A stretch of 64,000 bases of DNA from Stygiobacter sp. (GCA_006218045.1 VBWB01000004.1:139770-203769), one strand, 5' to 3'. Shown: positions 39,804-49,914, counted from the stretch's first letter. Notes: generated by a model from the sequence alone, not told the origin. Numbers and translations: made by a program.

Positions 39804-41192
39804 ATGACCAGCCAAAGTCTCGTCAACGTCCCGCAATCGACGCTTCCGGCCCCAGGCGGCGACGCGCGACCGCCCATCAAGCAATCCAGCCGGGTGGCCC
39901 GCCATCTGGCCCAGGCGGTGCAGTTGGAGGAAAGCGGCACGGCGCCCCTGATCCGGCTGACCATCTATCTGGCCTGCGCCGCCTGCGCCGTCTTCCTGGT
40001 CTGGAGTGCCTTGACCACGGTGGACGAGGTGGCGGTGGCCGAAGGTGAAATCCTGCCTTTGGGCTCGGTCAAGACGGTGCAGCATCTGGAAGGCGGCATC
40101 GTCGACGAGATCCTGGTCAAGGAAGGCGAGTTGGTGGAAATCGGCCAGCCGATCATCAAGCTGTCGCCGGCCCAGGCCCTGGCCGAGCTCGAGCAGACCC
40201 GCGCCCGTGAAATGACCCTGCTGCTGAAATCGGAACGCCTGCGCGCCTTCGTCGAGGGGCGCGAGCCCGATTTCAGCTTCGCCGGTCCGCAATACCGCAC
40301 CCTGGTGCAGGACAATCAATCCATTTTCCAGGCCCAGACCCAGGCCCGCGATGCCGCGCGTTCCATCATCCTGTCCCAGATCGACCAGAAGCGGTCCGAT
40401 CTCAGGCTGATGGAATCCCAGCATAAAAGCCTGCGCGAGCAGGTGGCGGCGCTGGCCGAGGAAATGCAGATCCGGGATCAATTGGTGGCCAAGGGGCTGG
40501 TCACCCGCATCACCCATCTGGACACCCGGCGCGAACTGGCCCGGGCCGAGGGTGAACTGACCCGTATCCTCGGCCAGACGGTAACCGCGCGTCAGGCGGT
40601 GTCGGAAATGGAAAACCGGCTGATCGACAGCCAATCGGCGCTGCAAAAGCAGAACATGGACGAAATGGGGGTCAGCATCGCTGAGTTGGCCCAGGTGCAG
40701 GAAACCATTTCGCGCCTGGAAGACCGGGTGACCCGCCTGATCATCGAATCGCCCGCGCACGGCTATATCAAGGGATTGACGGTGAAGAACCAGGGCGCGG
40801 TGATCCAGCCCGGCGGCTTGGTCAGCGAAATCGTCCCGGTCAACCGCGAGCTTCGGGTCGAGGCCAAGGTGATGCCGCGCGACGTCGGTCACCTGCATGT
40901 GGGGCAAAGGGTGCGGATCAAGGTCACCACCTATGACTTCGCCCGCTATGGCTCGATCATGGGCAAGCTGGAAAAACTGTCGGCCTCCACCTTCCTCAAC
41001 GAGAAGGGCGAGCCCTTCTTCAAGGCCCAGGTCAGCCTGGACCACAATTACGTGGGCTCGGACCCGAATAATTTCGGCGTCACCCCGGGCATGACCGTGT
41101 CGGCGGAAATCATTACCGGTGACAAGACCTTGTTTCAGTACATGCTGAAACCTATCTTCACCCAGCTTCAGCAATCCTTCCACGAACGGTGA
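39804..41192 (+). CDS. HlyD-family type I secretion periplasmic adaptor
   Basis: VQHLEGGIV, long coiled coil, TYDFARYG, PGMTVSAEIITG. Confidence 0.93.
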   Translation: MTSQSLVNVPQSTLPAPGGDARPPIKQSSRVARHLAQAVQLEESGTAPLIRLTIYLACAACAVFLVWSALTTVDEVAVAEGEILPLGSVKTVQHLEGGIVDEILVKEGELVEIGQPIIKLSPAQALAELEQTRAREMTLLLKSERLRAFVEGREPDFSFAGPQYRTLVQDNQSIFQAQTQARDAARSIILSQIDQKRSDLRLMESQHKSLREQVAALAEEMQIRDQLVAKGLVTRITHLDTRRELARAEGELTRILGQTVTARQAVSEMENRLIDSQSALQKQNMDEMGVSIAELAQVQETISRLEDRVTRLIIESPAHGYIKGLTVKNQGAVIQPGGLVSEIVPVNRELRVEAKVMPRDVGHLHVGQRVRIKVTTYDFARYGSIMGKLEKLSASTFLNEKGEPFFKAQVSLDHNYVGSDPNNFGVTPGMTVSAEIITGDKTLFQYMLKPIFTQLQQSFHER

Positions 41193-41202
41193 TCGGTCGA
41201 TT

Positions 41203-41904
41203 ATGAGCGAGCAAGGCCCGGCACAACCGGTGAAAGTGACCAAGGCGATTCCGTTTCATATCGGCTTGCTGGCGCGGTTGCGCGCCTATTTCTTCGCCGG
41301 CATCCTGGTGACGGCGCCCATTTCCATCACCTTCTACATCGCCTGGCAGTTCATCAAGTTCATGGACAATCAGGTGTCGCCGCTGATGCCGCCGGAACTG
41401 AACCCGCAATATTGGGGTTTTCCCGGTTTCGGCCTGATCGCCGTAATGGTGGGCCTGACCCTGATCGGCATGGTCACCGCCGGCTTCGTCGGTCGTATCC
41501 TGGTCAAGATCTACGACATCATCTTGCAGCGCATGCCGGTGCTGTCGGGCATCTATTCGGCGGTGAAGCAGATTTTCGAGACCATGCTGGCGCAAAAGGC
41601 CAATGCCTTCCGCGAAGTGGCGTTGATCGAATATCCCAGGGCGGGCATCTGGACCATGGCCTTCATCACCGGCACCACCGCCGGTGAAATCGGCGAGGTT
41701 TTCGCCGATGACGACATGGTCAATGTCTTCGTTCCCACCACCCCCAACCCGACCTCGGGTTTTCTGCTGTTCCTGCCGCGCCGCGACGTCCGCGTGTTGG
41801 ACATGAATGTGGAGGAGGGGCTGAAGATGGTCATTTCCACCGGCATCCTGGTGCCGCCGCACCGCAAGCCGCTGGAAGAGCAGCCGGAGCTCAGCCTGAC
41901 CTGA
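41203..41904 (+). CDS. DUF502 membrane protein
   Basis: YFFAGILV..P, IEYPR, VFVPTTPNPTSGFL. Confidence 0.88.
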   Translation: MSEQGPAQPVKVTKAIPFHIGLLARLRAYFFAGILVTAPISITFYIAWQFIKFMDNQVSPLMPPELNPQYWGFPGFGLIAVMVGLTLIGMVTAGFVGRILVKIYDIILQRMPVLSGIYSAVKQIFETMLAQKANAFREVALIEYPRAGIWTMAFITGTTAGEIGEVFADDDMVNVFVPTTPNPTSGFLLFLPRRDVRVLDMNVEEGLKMVISTGILVPPHRKPLEEQPELSLT

Positions 41905-43972
41905 GGGTGTGAACGGCGGCGTCACGCTCGAACAGGTACAACAGCACCCGCAGGGCCTGACCGCGCTCCGAAATCAAGTCCGGGTCGCGGGCCAGGATCA
42001 GGGCCGCGTCGTCGCGGGCGGCGGCCAGCAACTCGCCGTGGATGGACAAATCGGCCAGTTTGAATTCCGGCAGGCCGCTTTGCCGTGTGCCCAAAATCTC
42101 GCCGCCGCCGCGCAGACGCAAATCCTCTTCGGCGATGACGAAGCCGTCCTCGGTGGCGCGCATGATTTCGAGGCGCGCCTTGGCGTTTTCCGATAACGGC
42201 GCGCCATACAGCAACAGACAGCTGGAAGCGCCGCTGCCGCGCCCGACCCGACCGCGCAACTGGTGCAACTGGGCCAGGCCGAAGCGTTCGGCGTGTTCGA
42301 TGACCATGATGGTGGCCTCGGGGACGTTGACACCCACCTCGATCACCGTGGTCGCCACCAATACCGACAACCGGCCGGCGGCGAAATCGGCCATCACCTT
42401 GTCCTTGGCCGGCCCCTTCATCTTGCCGTGCACCAGCCCGACACCATCGCCGAACACTTGCGACAGATGGCGGTGGCGTTCCTCGGCCGCCGCCAGATCG
42501 GATGTTTCCGAATCCTCCACCAGCGGGCAGACCCAGTAGACGCGGGCGCCGGCCATGACGGCGCGACCGATGCCGTCCACCACCTCGTCCATCCGTGACA
42601 GCGGCAGGGCGCGGGTGGAAATCGGCTGCCGCCCCGGCGGCTTTTCATCCAGCCGTGAGGCATCCATGTCGCCGTAACTGGTCAGCAACAGCGTGCGCGG
42701 GATGGGGGTGGCGGTCATCACCAGCATGTCCACCGCCTGACCCTTGGAGGCCAGTTCCAGCCGCTGATGCACACCGAAACGGTGCTGTTCGTCGATGACG
42801 GCGAAGGCGAGGTCGGCATAGGCCACGTCTTCCTGAAACAGAGCGTGGGTGCCGATGATGATATGGGTATGGCCCGCCGCCAGATCGGCCAGGATGGCAT
42901 CGCGGCCCTTGCCCTTGTCGCGCCCGGTCAGCAGGGCCACCCGCAAGCCGGCGCTTTGGACCAAGGGCGCGATGGTCTCCATGTGCTGACGGGCCAGAAT
43001 CTCGGTCGGGGCCATCAGCGCCGCCTGGGCGCCCGCTTCCACCGCGTTCAACATGGCCAGCAGGGCCACCACCGTCTTGCCGCTGCCCACATCGCCTTGC
43101 AGCAATCGCAGCATGCGCAAGGGTTCGGCCATGTCGGCATCGATCTCGGCCAGGGACCGGGTTTGCGCGGAGGTCAGGGTAAAGGGCAGGGCCGCCAGCA
43201 CCTGCGGGCGCAGATGGGTGGAAACCGGGGTGGGCCGGCCCTTCAGTTTGCGCATATGGGCGCGCACCATCATCAGCGCCAATTGATTGGCCAGCAATTC
43301 GTCGAAGGCCAACCGGCGGCGGGCGGGGCAATCCTCGATCACCGCCTGTTCCGATTGCGGGCGGTGCAGGCTGTCCAGCGCTTGGTGCCACGATGGCCAG
43401 GCATTGCGGGCGAACCAGGCTTCATCCTGCCACTCGGGCATCCGGGGCGCCTGATCCACCGCCGCCCGGATGGTCTTGGCCACCATGCGCGCGGTCAACC
43501 CGCCGGTCAGCGGATAGACCGGCTCGATGGTCATCACCTGTTCGCGCTCGGCCACGGGCACGATGTGGTCGGGGTGGGTGATCTGGATTTCGTCGTTGAA
43601 ATGCTCGATCACGCCGCTGATCACCCGCCATTCGCCTTCCGGCAATTGCCGGCGCAGCCAATCCTCGCGCCCATGGAAGAACACCAGATGGGCGAAGCCG
43701 GTCTCGTCGGAACAGCGCACCCGGTAGGGCCGCCTGGGGCTGTTCGAGGGGAAATGGGATTCCACCCGCACCGTGATGGTGGCGACCTTGCCCGCCGGCG
43801 CCTCGGCCAGTTTGGGGGCGAAGCGGCGGTCGATCACCCCCGACGGCAGGTGCCACAGCAGATCGACCACGCGCCCGCCGGCGAGGCGCTCATAAAACGG
43901 CGCCAGCTTGGGGCCGATGCCGGCAAGCGTGGTGATCGGCGCGAACAATGGGTTCAGCAGGCTGGGGCGCAT
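41891..43972 (-). CDS. recG: ATP-dependent DNA helicase RecG
   Basis: QGDVGSGKT, DEQHRFGV, TATPIPR, QLHQLRGRVGRG. Confidence 0.96.
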   Translation of the reverse strand: MRPSLLNPLFAPITTLAGIGPKLAPFYERLAGGRVVDLLWHLPSGVIDRRFAPKLAEAPAGKVATITVRVESHFPSNSPRRPYRVRCSDETGFAHLVFFHGREDWLRRQLPEGEWRVISGVIEHFNDEIQITHPDHIVPVAEREQVMTIEPVYPLTGGLTARMVAKTIRAAVDQAPRMPEWQDEAWFARNAWPSWHQALDSLHRPQSEQAVIEDCPARRRLAFDELLANQLALMMVRAHMRKLKGRPTPVSTHLRPQVLAALPFTLTSAQTRSLAEIDADMAEPLRMLRLLQGDVGSGKTVVALLAMLNAVEAGAQAALMAPTEILARQHMETIAPLVQSAGLRVALLTGRDKGKGRDAILADLAAGHTHIIIGTHALFQEDVAYADLAFAVIDEQHRFGVHQRLELASKGQAVDMLVMTATPIPRTLLLTSYGDMDASRLDEKPPGRQPISTRALPLSRMDEVVDGIGRAVMAGARVYWVCPLVEDSETSDLAAAEERHRHLSQVFGDGVGLVHGKMKGPAKDKVMADFAAGRLSVLVATTVIEVGVNVPEATIMVIEHAERFGLAQLHQLRGRVGRGSGASSCLLLYGAPLSENAKARLEIMRATEDGFVIAEEDLRLRGGGEILGTRQSGLPEFKLADLSIHGELLAAARDDAALILARDPDLISERGQALRVLLYLFERDAAVHTLRSG

Positions 43973-44081
43973 GGGGATTTTTGTGGGCTTGATGCTGACA
44001 GACGGGTGGGAACGCTCTATATCCTAGAGCCGCTTGGCCGCCAAGGCCAGGGATCAGGTCCATCCGAGCGTACAGGCGATC

Positions 44082-44348
44082 ATGGAAGAAGCACGATTGA
44101 AACGGTTGAGGTTTCGCGCCCACCACATGGGCTCGAACGAAAACGACATCCTGTTTGGCGGCTTCGCCGAAAAATACCTGCATGGCCTGAGCGCCGAACA
44201 GGTCGAGCGCTTCGAGAGCTTGATCGCCGAAACCGACACCGATTTGTTCAACTGGGTCACCGGCAAGGTCGACGTGCCCGCCCATCTGGACCACGACGTC
44301 ATGCGGATGATTAAGAATTTTGTTCAAAATGAAGCTGCAATCCGTTGA
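44082..44348 (+). CDS. sdhE: Succinate dehydrogenase flavinylation factor SdhE/SDHAF2
   Basis: KRLRFRAHHMGSNENDI (variant of RG.xE), DTDLFNWVTG. Conserved recG-sdhE-mfd synteny. Confidence 0.85.
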   Translation: MEEARLKRLRFRAHHMGSNENDILFGGFAEKYLHGLSAEQVERFESLIAETDTDLFNWVTGKVDVPAHLDHDVMRMIKNFVQNEAAIR

Positions 44349-47300
44349 TTAAAATACAGAATATCTCTGACGCTCCGGGCCGGCAGAATCTTGCAGGCAC
44401 TCCCGATGGTGCCGATGCCCTGACGGTGGCCGAACTGGCCCGGGCCTGGAGCGGTCGGGATGTTCTGTACGTGGCCCGCGATGATGGCCGCATGGCCCGC
44501 ATGGCCGAGGCCCTGGCCTTTTTCGCCCCAGACGTCGAGGTGGTGGATATCCCCGCCTGGGATTGCGTGCCCTATGACCGGGTGTCGCCCCATGTGGATC
44601 TGGTGGCGCGCCGCGTCGATGGCTTGTGCACGCTGGCCCGGGGACCGGGCCGGGGGGCGCGGGTGGTGTTGACCTCGGTCGCCGCCCTGGTACAGCGGGT
44701 GCCGCCACGCCAGGTGCTGGCCTCGTCCAGCCTGTCGGCCAAGGTAGGCGGGCGGCTGGATATCGATGGTATCGTCGCCTATCTCAACCGCAACGGCTAT
44801 GGCCGCACCGATACGGTGATGGAACCGGGTGAATATGCGGTGCGCGGCGGCATCCTTGATCTGTTTCCGCCCGGCACGCCGGAACCGGTACGGCTGGATT
44901 TCTTCGGCGACGAGCTGGAAAGCATCCGCAGCTTCGACCCCATGAGCCAGCGCACCAGCGGCAAATTGCAAAGCTTTTCCCTGGTTCCGGTCAGCGAGGT
45001 GACGCTGGACGATGCCGCCATCGCCCGTTTCCGCGGCACCTATCGCGAGATGTTCGGCGTGGTCAGCGGCCCCGACCCGCTGTACGAGGCCATTTCCCAG
45101 GGCATCAAGTTCAACGGCATGGAACATTGGCTGCCCTTGTTCCATGACGGCATGGATACCTTGTTCGCCTATGTCCCCGACGCTTTGGCGGTGCTCGACC
45201 ATCAGGTGGAAGAGGCGCGCGACGCCCGCCATGCCCTGGTGCTGGAATATTACGACGCCCGGCGCACCATCACCGGTGCCGGTCTGGCCGAATCGGGCAT
45301 GGTCTATCACCCGCTGCCGCCCCATCGGCTTTATGTGGAAAAGGACGAATGGGACCGCCTGCTGGCGACCCGGCCTTGCGTCGCCCTGTCGCCCTTCGGC
45401 CCGGCCAGCGAAAACGGCGCCGATGCCGGTGGCAGGCCAGGGCGCGACTTCTCCGACATCCGTGCCCGCCCCGACGGAAATGTCTATGACGCCTTGCGTG
45501 AGCATGTGGGAGCGGAAAAAAGCCGCCGTTCGGTGCTGGCCGCCTGGAGCGCCGGTTCGCGCGATCGCCTGTCGCATGTGCTGGCCGATCACGGCCTGAA
45601 GCCGGTTCTGGTCGACAGCTGGGCCGAGGCGCTGGCCGCCCCGGCCAAATCCCTGCCCATGGTGGTGCTGGCTCTGGATCACGGCTTCGTCACCGACGAC
45701 GTGGCGCTGATCACCGAACAGGATCTGCTGGGCGACCGTCTGGCCCGTCCGGCCAAGAAAAAGCGCAAGGGTTCGCAATTCCTGGCCGAGGCCTCGGCCC
45801 TGGCCGAAGGCGATCTTGTCGTCCATCTGGAACACGGCATCGGCCGCTATGATGGGCTGGTGACGCTTCAGGTGGCGGGCGCGCCGCATGATTGCCTGCG
45901 GGTGATCTATGACGGCGGCGACAAGCTGTTCGTGCCGGTGGAAAATATCGAGGTTCTGACCCGTTACGGCTCGGAACAGGCGGGCGCCCAGCTCGACCGC
46001 CTGGGCGGGGTGGCGTGGCAGTCGCGCAAGGCCAAGCTGAAGAAACGCATTCGCGACATGGCCGACCAGCTGATCGCCATCGCCGCCCAGCGTCAGTTGC
46101 GCAAATCGGAATCCCTGACCCCGCCGGAAGGGCTGTGGGACGAATTCTGCGCCCGCTTCCCCTATGCCGAGACCGAGGATCAGGCCCGCGCCATCGACGA
46201 TACGGTGGCCGATCTGGGATCGGGCCGGCCCATGGATCGTCTGGTCTGCGGCGATGTCGGTTTCGGCAAGACCGAGGTGGCCATGCGCGCCGCCTTCGTC
46301 GCCGCCATGAGCGGCATGCAGGTGGCGGTGGTGGTGCCGACCACCTTGCTGGCGCGCCAGCATTACCGCAATTTCTCTGATCGTTTCCACGGCCTGCCGC
46401 TGAAAGTCGAGCAATTATCGCGGCTGGTGACGGCCAAGCGGGCGGGCGAGGTCAAGGCCGGCCTGGCCGACGGCTCGGTCGATATCGTTGTCGGCACCCA
46501 TGCGGTGCTGGCCAAATCCATCAATTTCAAGCGCCTGGGCCTGTTGATCATCGACGAGGAACAGCATTTCGGCGTCGGCCACAAGGAACGGCTGAAACAG
46601 CTGAAATCCGACGTCCACGTGCTGACCCTGACCGCCACCCCGATTCCGCGCACGCTGCAACTGGCGCTGACCGGGGTCAAGGAAATGAGCGTCATCGCCA
46701 CCCCGCCGGTGGACCGTCTGGTGGTGCGCACCTTCGTGCTGCCCTTCGATCCGGTGGTCTTGCGCGAAGCCATCCTGCGCGAACGCTATCGCGGCGGTCA
46801 GGTGTTTTACGTCTGCCCGCGTCTGGCCGATATCGACCGCGTCGCCGACCGTCTGGCCAAGCTGGTACCCGAAGTCAAATGCGCCATCGCCCATGGCCGG
46901 CTGACGCCCACCGAGCTGGAAGAGGTGATGACCGCTTTCGGTGACAAGCAATACGACGTGCTGCTGTCCACCAACATCATCGAATCCGGCCTGGACATGC
47001 CAAGCGTCAATACCCTGATCATCCATCGCGCCGACATGTTCGGCCTGGGTCAGCTGTACCAGTTGCGCGGTCGCGTCGGTCGCGGCAAGACCCGCGGCTA
47101 TGCCTATTTCACCCTGCCCACCGACAAGGTGTTGTCGAAGCCGGCGGAAAAGCGGCTGCATGTGATGCAGACGCTGGATTCCTTAGGCGCCGGTTTCCAA
47201 CTGGCCAGCCACGATCTGGACATCCGGGGCGCCGGCAATCTGCTGGGCGAGGAACAATCCGGCCATATCCGCGAAGTGGGCATTGAGCTTTACCAGCAAT

Positions 47301-47812
47301 TGATCGAGGAAGCGGTGGCCGCCGCCAAGGGCGGCGAGGGCGAGATGGCGGTGGAGGAATGGTCGCCGCAGATCACCCTGGGCACGCCGGTGCTGATCCC
47401 CGATACCTATGTGGCCGATCTGTCGGTACGGTTATCGCTTTATCGCCGCATCGCCACCTTGGCCGACCGCGAGGAAATCGATCAACTGGCGGCGGAATTG
47501 GTCGACCGCTTCGGCAAGATGCCGCCCGAGGTGGAAAACCTGCTGGAAGTGGTGGCGGTCAAGACCTTGTGCAAACAGGCCGGGGTGGAAAAGCTGGATG
47601 CCGGCCCCAAGGGCGCGGTGGTCACCTTCCGTGGCAACGTCTTCGCCAATCCCATCGGTCTGGTGCAGTACATCGCCCAGCAGGCCGGTGCCGCCAAGCT
47701 GCGCCCCGACCACAAGCTGGTCTTCGTCCGCGCCTGGGACGAGCCGGCCAAGCGGGTCAAGCTGGCGCAAAAGCTGATCGCCAAGCTGGTGGAAATCGCC
47801 AGGGCGGGGTGA
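44345..47812 (+). CDS. mfd: Transcription-repair coupling factor
   Basis: PAWDCVPYD.VSP, CarD-like HLEHGIGRY, GDVGFGKTEVA, DEEQHFGV, TRCF C-terminus. TTG start. Confidence 0.96.
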   Translation: MIKIQNISDAPGRQNLAGTPDGADALTVAELARAWSGRDVLYVARDDGRMARMAEALAFFAPDVEVVDIPAWDCVPYDRVSPHVDLVARRVDGLCTLARGPGRGARVVLTSVAALVQRVPPRQVLASSSLSAKVGGRLDIDGIVAYLNRNGYGRTDTVMEPGEYAVRGGILDLFPPGTPEPVRLDFFGDELESIRSFDPMSQRTSGKLQSFSLVPVSEVTLDDAAIARFRGTYREMFGVVSGPDPLYEAISQGIKFNGMEHWLPLFHDGMDTLFAYVPDALAVLDHQVEEARDARHALVLEYYDARRTITGAGLAESGMVYHPLPPHRLYVEKDEWDRLLATRPCVALSPFGPASENGADAGGRPGRDFSDIRARPDGNVYDALREHVGAEKSRRSVLAAWSAGSRDRLSHVLADHGLKPVLVDSWAEALAAPAKSLPMVVLALDHGFVTDDVALITEQDLLGDRLARPAKKKRKGSQFLAEASALAEGDLVVHLEHGIGRYDGLVTLQVAGAPHDCLRVIYDGGDKLFVPVENIEVLTRYGSEQAGAQLDRLGGVAWQSRKAKLKKRIRDMADQLIAIAAQRQLRKSESLTPPEGLWDEFCARFPYAETEDQARAIDDTVADLGSGRPMDRLVCGDVGFGKTEVAMRAAFVAAMSGMQVAVVVPTTLLARQHYRNFSDRFHGLPLKVEQLSRLVTAKRAGEVKAGLADGSVDIVVGTHAVLAKSINFKRLGLLIIDEEQHFGVGHKERLKQLKSDVHVLTLTATPIPRTLQLALTGVKEMSVIATPPVDRLVVRTFVLPFDPVVLREAILRERYRGGQVFYVCPRLADIDRVADRLAKLVPEVKCAIAHGRLTPTELEEVMTAFGDKQYDVLLSTNIIESGLDMPSVNTLIIHRADMFGLGQLYQLRGRVGRGKTRGYAYFTLPTDKVLSKPAEKRLHVMQTLDSLGAGFQLASHDLDIRGAGNLLGEEQSGHIREVGIELYQQLIEEAVAAAKGGEGEMAVEEWSPQITLGTPVLIPDTYVADLSVRLSLYRRIATLADREEIDQLAAELVDRFGKMPPEVENLLEVVAVKTLCKQAGVEKLDAGPKGAVVTFRGNVFANPIGLVQYIAQQAGAAKLRPDHKLVFVRAWDEPAKRVKLAQKLIAKLVEIARAG

Positions 47813-47815
47813 GCC

Positions 47816-48463
47816 TCAGGACAGCGCCAATTCCGTTTCCGATTGTCGGGCGATGTCGATCAGGCGTAGCAGGATGTCGGGTTCCTGCGCCCCGGCCAGG
47901 GCATAGGCGCCGTCCAGGATCAGGCAGGGCACGCCGTTGACGCCCTGGCGATGGGCGCGGGCGTTGTCGTTCAACACGGCGCTGACGTCGGCTTCCGAGC
48001 GCAGGTACTCTTCCAGTTCGATGCCGGGCAGGTCCAGCCGTTCGCCCAGGGAGACCAGGGTGGGCACCAGACCGATATCCAGACCTTCGACGAAATAAGC
48101 GTGATAGAGGGCCTCCACCACTTCCGGCTGGCGACCGAAGCCGGCGGCGAAGCGGATCATGCGGTGCGAGTTCAAGGTATTGGGGGCGCGGGTGATGCGA
48201 TCGAAGGCGAAGGCGATGCCTTCGGCGGCGCCGGCGGCGGCGACGGCGGCATGGATGCGGCTGACCCGCGCCGGCCCGCCGAATTTGCGGTCGAGATAGG
48301 CGCGGCGATCAATGCCCTCGGGTGGGATATCCGGATTCAGCAGAAACGGGCGCCAGACGATTTCCGTGCGGGTGCCGGGGCGCTGGGCCAAGGCGCGCTC
48401 GAACCGGCGCTTGCCCACATAGCACCACGGACACACCGTATCGAAGATGAATTCGATCTTCAC
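47816..48463 (-). CDS. DsbA/FrnE-family oxidoreductase
   Basis: DTVCPWCYVGKRR, GVNGVP, GAQ. Confidence 0.88.
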   Translation of the reverse strand: MKIEFIFDTVCPWCYVGKRRFERALAQRPGTRTEIVWRPFLLNPDIPPEGIDRRAYLDRKFGGPARVSRIHAAVAAAGAAEGIAFAFDRITRAPNTLNSHRMIRFAAGFGRQPEVVEALYHAYFVEGLDIGLVPTLVSLGERLDLPGIELEEYLRSEADVSAVLNDNARAHRQGVNGVPCLILDGAYALAGAQEPDILLRLIDIARQSETELALS

Positions 48464-48475
48464 GCCGCTTCGCCT

Positions 48476-49786
48476 TTAATCCAGATTTTGCCGGGCGCGC
48501 GCGATCACGCTATCCAAGCTGTCACCGGCACCGACGACGGTGCAGCCCACCTGCACCCATACCTTGATCGGCTGATAGACCTCGCGCACGGCGAAATCCG
48601 TATAGGCCAGCACGCCGGCGATGCGGTGCATGACCACTTCAGCCTCGTGCACCGGGGTGTCGGGCAGCACCACGCAGAATTCGTTGGATTTGAACGATGC
48701 GGTCAGATCCTCGGCCCGGAGCAGGCCGGTAATCCACTGGCCCACCTGCTGGGTCAGGTGCAGGCCGGCATCATCGCCGAATTGCTGGCGCACCACGTCG
48801 ATATTGGGAGCGGCGAAGAACACCACGGCCAAGTGACGGTTCTGGCTTTCGGCCGTCTCGATGCGACTGGCCAGATAGGCTTCCAGGAAGGCGCGGCCAT
48901 AGGCGCCGGTGACCGGATCGCGGGTGGCGTCGGCCAGGCTGTCGTTGAGCGCGCCGCGGATGCTCCAGCGCAATTGCTGGCGCCGCACCAGGGTAAGGAC
49001 CGCGGCCTTCAGGATCAGCGGTTCAACCGGACGGCCCAGCACCCGGGTGGCGCCACGGCGATAGGCGTCGGCGGCGTCGGTGCCCAGGCCGGCCAGCAGC
49101 ACCATGGGCAGGTTGAACAGACGCGGGTTGTTGCGCACTTGCGAGCAGAAGCTCAGCAATCCCTCGGGTTCCTGGGCGAAGGACAGCACGGCGGCGTCGA
49201 AATTGCGGCGCACCAGCAATTCCTCGGCGTCGTACAGGGTCGAGGCCTGCACGATCTCGCCGCAGCCCGCCAAAATCGCCGCCACCGGGCCGGCATCGTC
49301 GCCGATGATCAGGATGGCCGGCGGCGTATCCTCGGCATTGGTCATGCGGGCGCGGGCGGTGACACCGAAGCGCCGGGCCATGGCGGCGCGGTGGCGCAGT
49401 TCGGCATGCATGGTCGCCAGTCGCACCAGCGGGCGCATGCGGGCGAACAATTCAGCGTCGTCGCAGCCGATGTTGAGCACGTCGTCCAGGCCGTTATCCA
49501 GGCAGCGCCCGCATTGTTCGGCCGCCAGACGGTCCACCGCCAGCACCACCGGAATGTCGGCGGTGTCGGGCTCGCCCTTGAAGCGGCAGCCCAGATCGAC
49601 CGCGTCGCCTTCATCGGGGGTGCCGATCAGGATCAGGTCCGGGTGTTCGGTCCGCGCCGTCTCCATGCCCTCAAGGGCGGTGAGAGCGATGCTGGAATGA
49701 TAGCCGCCACGGGCCAAACGCTCCCTCAAGGCTGCCGAGCGGTCGGCATTGGCGTCGATGATCAGCACGTTGGCAAGGCGAATCAT
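48476..49786 (-). CDS. PleD-like REC-REC-GGDEF protein with degenerate active site (PopA-like)
   Basis: Collinear with PleD (ELFARMR.LVR, RDPVTG, LRAED). GGEEF is replaced by KSNEF and REC1 lacks the phospho-Asp. Confidence 0.82.
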   Translation of the reverse strand: MIRLANVLIIDANADRSAALRERLARGGYHSSIALTALEGMETARTEHPDLILIGTPDEGDAVDLGCRFKGEPDTADIPVVLAVDRLAAEQCGRCLDNGLDDVLNIGCDDAELFARMRPLVRLATMHAELRHRAAMARRFGVTARARMTNAEDTPPAILIIGDDAGPVAAILAGCGEIVQASTLYDAEELLVRRNFDAAVLSFAQEPEGLLSFCSQVRNNPRLFNLPMVLLAGLGTDAADAYRRGATRVLGRPVEPLILKAAVLTLVRRQQLRWSIRGALNDSLADATRDPVTGAYGRAFLEAYLASRIETAESQNRHLAVVFFAAPNIDVVRQQFGDDAGLHLTQQVGQWITGLLRAEDLTASFKSNEFCVVLPDTPVHEAEVVMHRIAGVLAYTDFAVREVYQPIKVWVQVGCTVVGAGDSLDSVIARARQNLD

Positions 49787-49899
49787 TGTTTCCCCGATCT
49801 TTTAAGGCTTGCTGGGCATTACCAGAATAATACGGAACAGCCCTCACCATAAGGGGGCATGTGTATTATTAATCGGTGTATGGTCGGAGGGTTGCATTG

Positions 49900-49914
49900 A
49901 CTGAACCGTTCAGT
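49900..49914. promoter_or_regulatory. Palindromic operator overlapping the -35 of the RND operon
   Basis: ACTGAAC-C-GTTCAGT overlapping TTGACT (49897-49902). Confidence 0.6.

Noticed and set aside
44014-44030. GCTCTA-N5-TAGAGC dyad resembling the MITE ends, between recG and sdhE
   Set aside because: Only 6-bp arms, no internal element sequence, and it coincides with likely -10 elements of divergent promoters.
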